A program made the position numbers and the translations under genes. A stretch of DNA of 64,000 nucleotides, from contig CP089274.1 of the NCBI GenBank assembly GCA_023920165.1, forward strand, positions 3,286,001 to 3,350,000. The letters are read 5' to 3'. Numbering within the stretch: position 1 is the first letter of the stretch; each line of letters opens with the position of its first letter. The notes below the pieces were generated by a model that saw nothing but the letters and a program-made list of their open reading frames with translations, made no database searches and was not told the origin of the DNA. Source of the DNA: Curvularia clavata (Eukaryota). Of the stretch, positions 60,601 to 64,000 are shown one piece after another.

Positions 60601-62398
60601 TTCGCGGATGAGAGCTTTGGTCGATGATCCACTACATGAACAGAGCAAAGAGCGAAGCGGTAAGGCCACGCGGGCAAACGTGTCTTCGACAATCAATCTT
60701 CGCACAGTCACCGTTCTTCCGGTTTCTGCTGGGATTCCAGTGGTCGACTTTGGAAGCCGCCTTGTTAATGCACTTACCCAGATTGGTCTCCCCCAAGGTG
60801 TAGTCTCGCTCAACCAAGCCGCCATTCTCAATCATCTTGGAAGACATGCCTTTAGCCGAATGGGCAAGCTCAAGCTCTCACAGTATCTTGCCGACTTGGA
60901 AGAGAGATACGGCATGGTGATTTATATCGCTGACACGCCAGTGAAGTCACCTTGGACGCAGACGTGTATCAACCAGGCCGATTGCATTCTTCTTGTGGGA
61001 TTAGCAGAGTCTTCGCCAAACATTGGCGAATATGAGCGTTTCCTGCTGACGACCAAGACGACGGCACGAAAAGAGCTAGTGCTTCTGCATTCGGAAAGAT
61101 ATTGCGCTTCTGGTCTAACACGGAAGTGGCTAAGGAACCGGCCATGGATCAACGGCAGCCATCATCACATTCAGATGTCCTTCCGCGCGACGTCAGAACC
61201 GGTTCATCATGCTGGCCGACGCTTTGGAAATGCTCTAAAGCAACGGGTACAAGTCATCCAAGCAGAGATCCAGAAGTACACATCAAGAAAAGTCCGCCAA
61301 ACACCATTGTACTCTGCAGATACACCTTTCAAGGGCGATTTCCATCGACTTGCACGTCGCCTATGTGGCAGATCAGTTGGGCTCGTGCTAGGCGGTGGCG
61401 GTGCCCGTGGTATCGCGCATATTGGCATTATCCGCGCACTTGAAGAAGCAGGCATCCCGATTGATATAGTAGGGGGGACGTCTATTGGCAGTTTCATCGG
61501 TGCTCTGTACGCTTGGGACGCAGACGTGGTTCCCATGTATGGCAGAGCAAAGAAGTTCTCGGGCCGCATGGGCAGCATGTGGAGATTTGCACTTGATCTC
61601 ACATATCCCTCGTAGGTGTTGAAGCAACTCGTGGAGTTCCATGCTAACTGCAAGCAGTGTTTCGTACACAACCGGTCACGAGTTCAACCGTGGTATCTTC
61701 AAGACTTTTGGAAACTCTCAGATCGAAGACTTTTGGCTTGAGTTCTACTGCAACACGACCAACATCAGCAAATCGAGGTCGGAGGTTCACACGTCAGGCT
61801 ATGTGTGGCGCTATGTTCGCGCGTCCATGTCACTCGCAGGTCTGCTACCGCCGCTATGTGATGACGGCAACATGCTTCTCGATGGAGGGTACGTTGACAA
61901 CTTGACTGTAGCGCACATGAAGAGCCTAGGTGCAGACATCATCTTCGCAGTTGACGTGGGCAGTCTTGACGACAATGCGCCACAAGCATTTGGCGATTCG
62001 CTAAGTGGCTTCTGGGCAACGTTCAATCGGTGGAACCCATTCTCAAGCTTCCCCAACCCGCCGACATTATCAGAGATTCAATCACGACTCGCTTACGTAT
62101 CCAGTATTGATGCGCTGGAGCGAGCGAAGAACACGCCGGGATGCAGGTACATGCGGCCACCAATTGATCCGTACGGCACGCTTGACTTTGCGAAGTTTGA
62201 CGAGATTTACGAAGTCGGGTATAAGTACGGTGAGTTCTCAGAAATCGGGCCGGGATAAAATTTTCGGTGCTAACAGTGTATGCAGGCAAAGAGTATTTAG
62301 CGCAGCTGCGTGAGCAAGGAGTGCTTCCTGTGACTGAAGAGACGGAGAAGGAGAAGAATCTCCGTCGGACAATGGCACCACGACGGGCGAGCATTTAG
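57687..62398 (+). CDS. NTE1: Lysophospholipase Nte1 (neuropathy target esterase / PNPLA6 family; cNMP-binding plus patatin domains)
   Basis: Exons 57687-57967, 58015-61611, 61658-62229, 62286-62398. [18 protein letters not shown] (GxSxG), [10 protein letters not shown]-terminal [11 protein letters not shown]. Confidence 0.97.
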
Positions 62399-62587
62399 CG
62401 GGCTTGCGCAATGCCCAGGCGCTGCGGAGTAAACGGGCGGCGGACTATGTGGATATCAAGTAATAGAAAGCACGGGACGCAGCATAGATTTGCCCAATGG
62501 GTGCTAGGAATACGTGTGGATGCAAGGACAGTCGCCTTGGGGTCTAGTGGGTGCCTCCCCGCTAGCTCGACCGGGGCCAGTCGTGCG

Positions 62588-62646
62588 CTTATCGGGATGC
62601 GACTGGGCGGATAATGACGGGTTATCTGGCGTGTGCTGATAGATAG
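62588..62646. promoter_or_regulatory. Cluster of five GATA cores upstream of glycine decarboxylase
   Basis: CTTATC 62588, GGATAA 62609, GTTATC 62621, TGATAG 62637, AGATAG 62641. Confidence 0.5.
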
Positions 62647-62841
62647 TCGTCCATGGCGCGCTGGACCAAAGAAAAAAAAGTTTCAAGACGTTGCGAGCCC
62701 TCTGTGTTTTCTTCCCTTCTGCTGCAGTAGCCTCTCCTTCTCGGCTGTGGTACGTCCAGGTCGTCCGCGTCCACCATCGACGTTGAGGGCAAATATTTCC
62801 CCTCGCACCACTCACTTCTTTTATATCTACACACAGCAAAC

Positions 62842-64000
62842 ATGAGGACCGCATGTCTTCGGGCTGCTAGCAGTGCTAGCCGACTCACACGATCGTCGTG
62901 TATAGCCCAGCTGTCTCGCCCACAACTCGCCGGCAGCTCATCACGAGTAGTCGCCTACCAAACTCACCAGTCGCTTCAGAAGCGCGCATTCCAGCATGCC
63001 ACAACCTCACAGGCAGCCGCTGCCGCTGCTGTCGAGGCCGCTGAGGATGTATTCGATACCCCGCCTCAGCAGACCGCTTCTGCTAAGCCGTTCGAGGCGC
63101 TCGATACCTTTCCCCGCCGACACATTGGCCCCTCTGCAGAGACAGCCGAAGCCATGCTCAAGGCCCTCGACCCCCCGGTGAGCAGTCTGGATGAGTTCGT
63201 CGAGCAAGTCATCCCCGCCGACATTCTGTCTGGCCGCGAGTTGAAGATTGGAAAACTTTCCCAGCATCAAGACAACCAATGGCAAAACAACGGCGTCCCC
63301 GAGTCGGTTTTCCTTAACAATGCGAAGCAAATCATGGATCAGAACAAGCCCGGCACAAGTCTTATCGGACAAGGATACTACGGCACCAAAGTGCCAGAGG
63401 TGATTAAGAGGAACGTTCTCGAGAATCCCGCATGGTACACGAGCTATACACCATACCAGCCTGAAATTAGCCAGGGACGTCTTGAGTCACTGCTGAACTT
63501 CCAGACCATGGTCTCAGATCTGACGGGCCTCAGCATTGCAAATGCGTCAGTCTTGGACGAGCCTACCGCCGCCGCCGAGGCCATGACTATGTCCATGGGT
63601 ATGATGCCGCTATCCAAGCAGAAAAACAAAAACAAGGTCTTCCTTGTTTCGGAAAAGTGCCACCCACAGACACTAGCTGTTCTGCAATCTCGTGCTGAAG
63701 GCTTTGGTATCAAGATCGAGGTTGCCGACGTGCTTAAGGACAACAGCAAGCGGGTGGAGGAGATTGGCCAAGACTTAGTGGGCGTATTGGCTCAGTACCC
63801 AGATACAGATGGAGGTGTTAACGACTTCCGCGGACTCTCGGAGAAGGTACACAAGACAGGTGCCCTCTTCAGTGTAGCCACTGATCTGCTCGCTCTTACT
63901 CTGCTCACTCCACCGGGAGAGTTCGGTGCCGACATAGCTTTCGGAAACGCACAGCGCTTTGGTGTCCCTCTGGGTTTCGGTGGACCACATGCTGCGTTTT
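62842..64000 (+). CDS. GCV2: Mitochondrial glycine dehydrogenase (decarboxylating), glycine cleavage P protein; runs off the 3' end
   Basis: Open frame from ATG 62842, absent from the ORF track because it has no stop in the window. Arg/Ser-rich presequence, DTFPRRHIGP, RNVLENPAWYTSYTPYQPEISQGRLESLLNFQT, NASVLDE.TAAAEAM, QRFGVPLGFGGPHAAF. Confidence 0.97.
   Translation, partial: MRTACLRAASSASRLTRSSCIAQLSRPQLAGSSSRVVAYQTHQSLQKRAFQHATTSQAAAAAAVEAAEDVFDTPPQQTASAKPFEALDTFPRRHIGPSAETAEAMLKALDPPVSSLDEFVEQVIPADILSGRELKIGKLSQHQDNQWQNNGVPESVFLNNAKQIMDQNKPGTSLIGQGYYGTKVPEVIKRNVLENPAWYTSYTPYQPEISQGRLESLLNFQTMVSDLTGLSIANASVLDEPTAAAEAMTMSMGMMPLSKQKNKNKVFLVSEKCHPQTLAVLQSRAEGFGIKIEVADVLKDNSKRVEEIGQDLVGVLAQYPDTDGGVNDFRGLSEKVHKTGALFSVATDLLALTLLTPPGEFGADIAFGNAQRFGVPLGFGGPHAAF

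Noticed and set aside
1..64000. tRNA, rRNA, telomeric repeats and intact transposons
   Set aside because: None seen by eye: no tRNA-like structure, TTAGGG array, transposase or reverse transcriptase motifs, LTRs or long terminal inverted repeats. tRNAscan-SE and a repeat search would be needed to exclude them.

Overview
This is eukaryotic genomic DNA from a filamentous ascomycete, probably a Dothideomycete (inferred from short GT-AG introns with CTRAC-type branch sites and fungal-type proteins). I modelled 23 protein-coding genes by hand, with exon boundaries read from the sequence. Most are conserved housekeeping genes: SAM50, UBC6, MGM101, a TFIIIC Tfc6-like subunit, HIR3, a ChAPs/exomer subunit, RPS16, ATS1/KTI13, acid trehalase, guanine deaminase, ARP9, NTE1 and a partial GCV2. 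Between them sit an AA7 FAD oxidase, a sugar transporter, a BTB protein, a Cys-rich orphan, a DUF676 hydrolase, a secreted M20 peptidase, a REEP/HVA22 protein, a lone P450 and a tandem pair of HET-domain genes. I found no tRNA, rRNA, CRISPR array or intact transposon. The best leads are (1) the HET pair, where a weak-donor intron splits the conserved WxRxWxxQE motif and an unexplained ORF overlaps the second start, (2) a RIP-scarred ~33-bp tandem repeat/pseudogene, (3) an exact UaY site upstream of guanine deaminase, (4) paired CreA sites, (5) a GATA cluster, and (6) long introns with hairpin potential. All family calls come from motif recognition; no database search was run.
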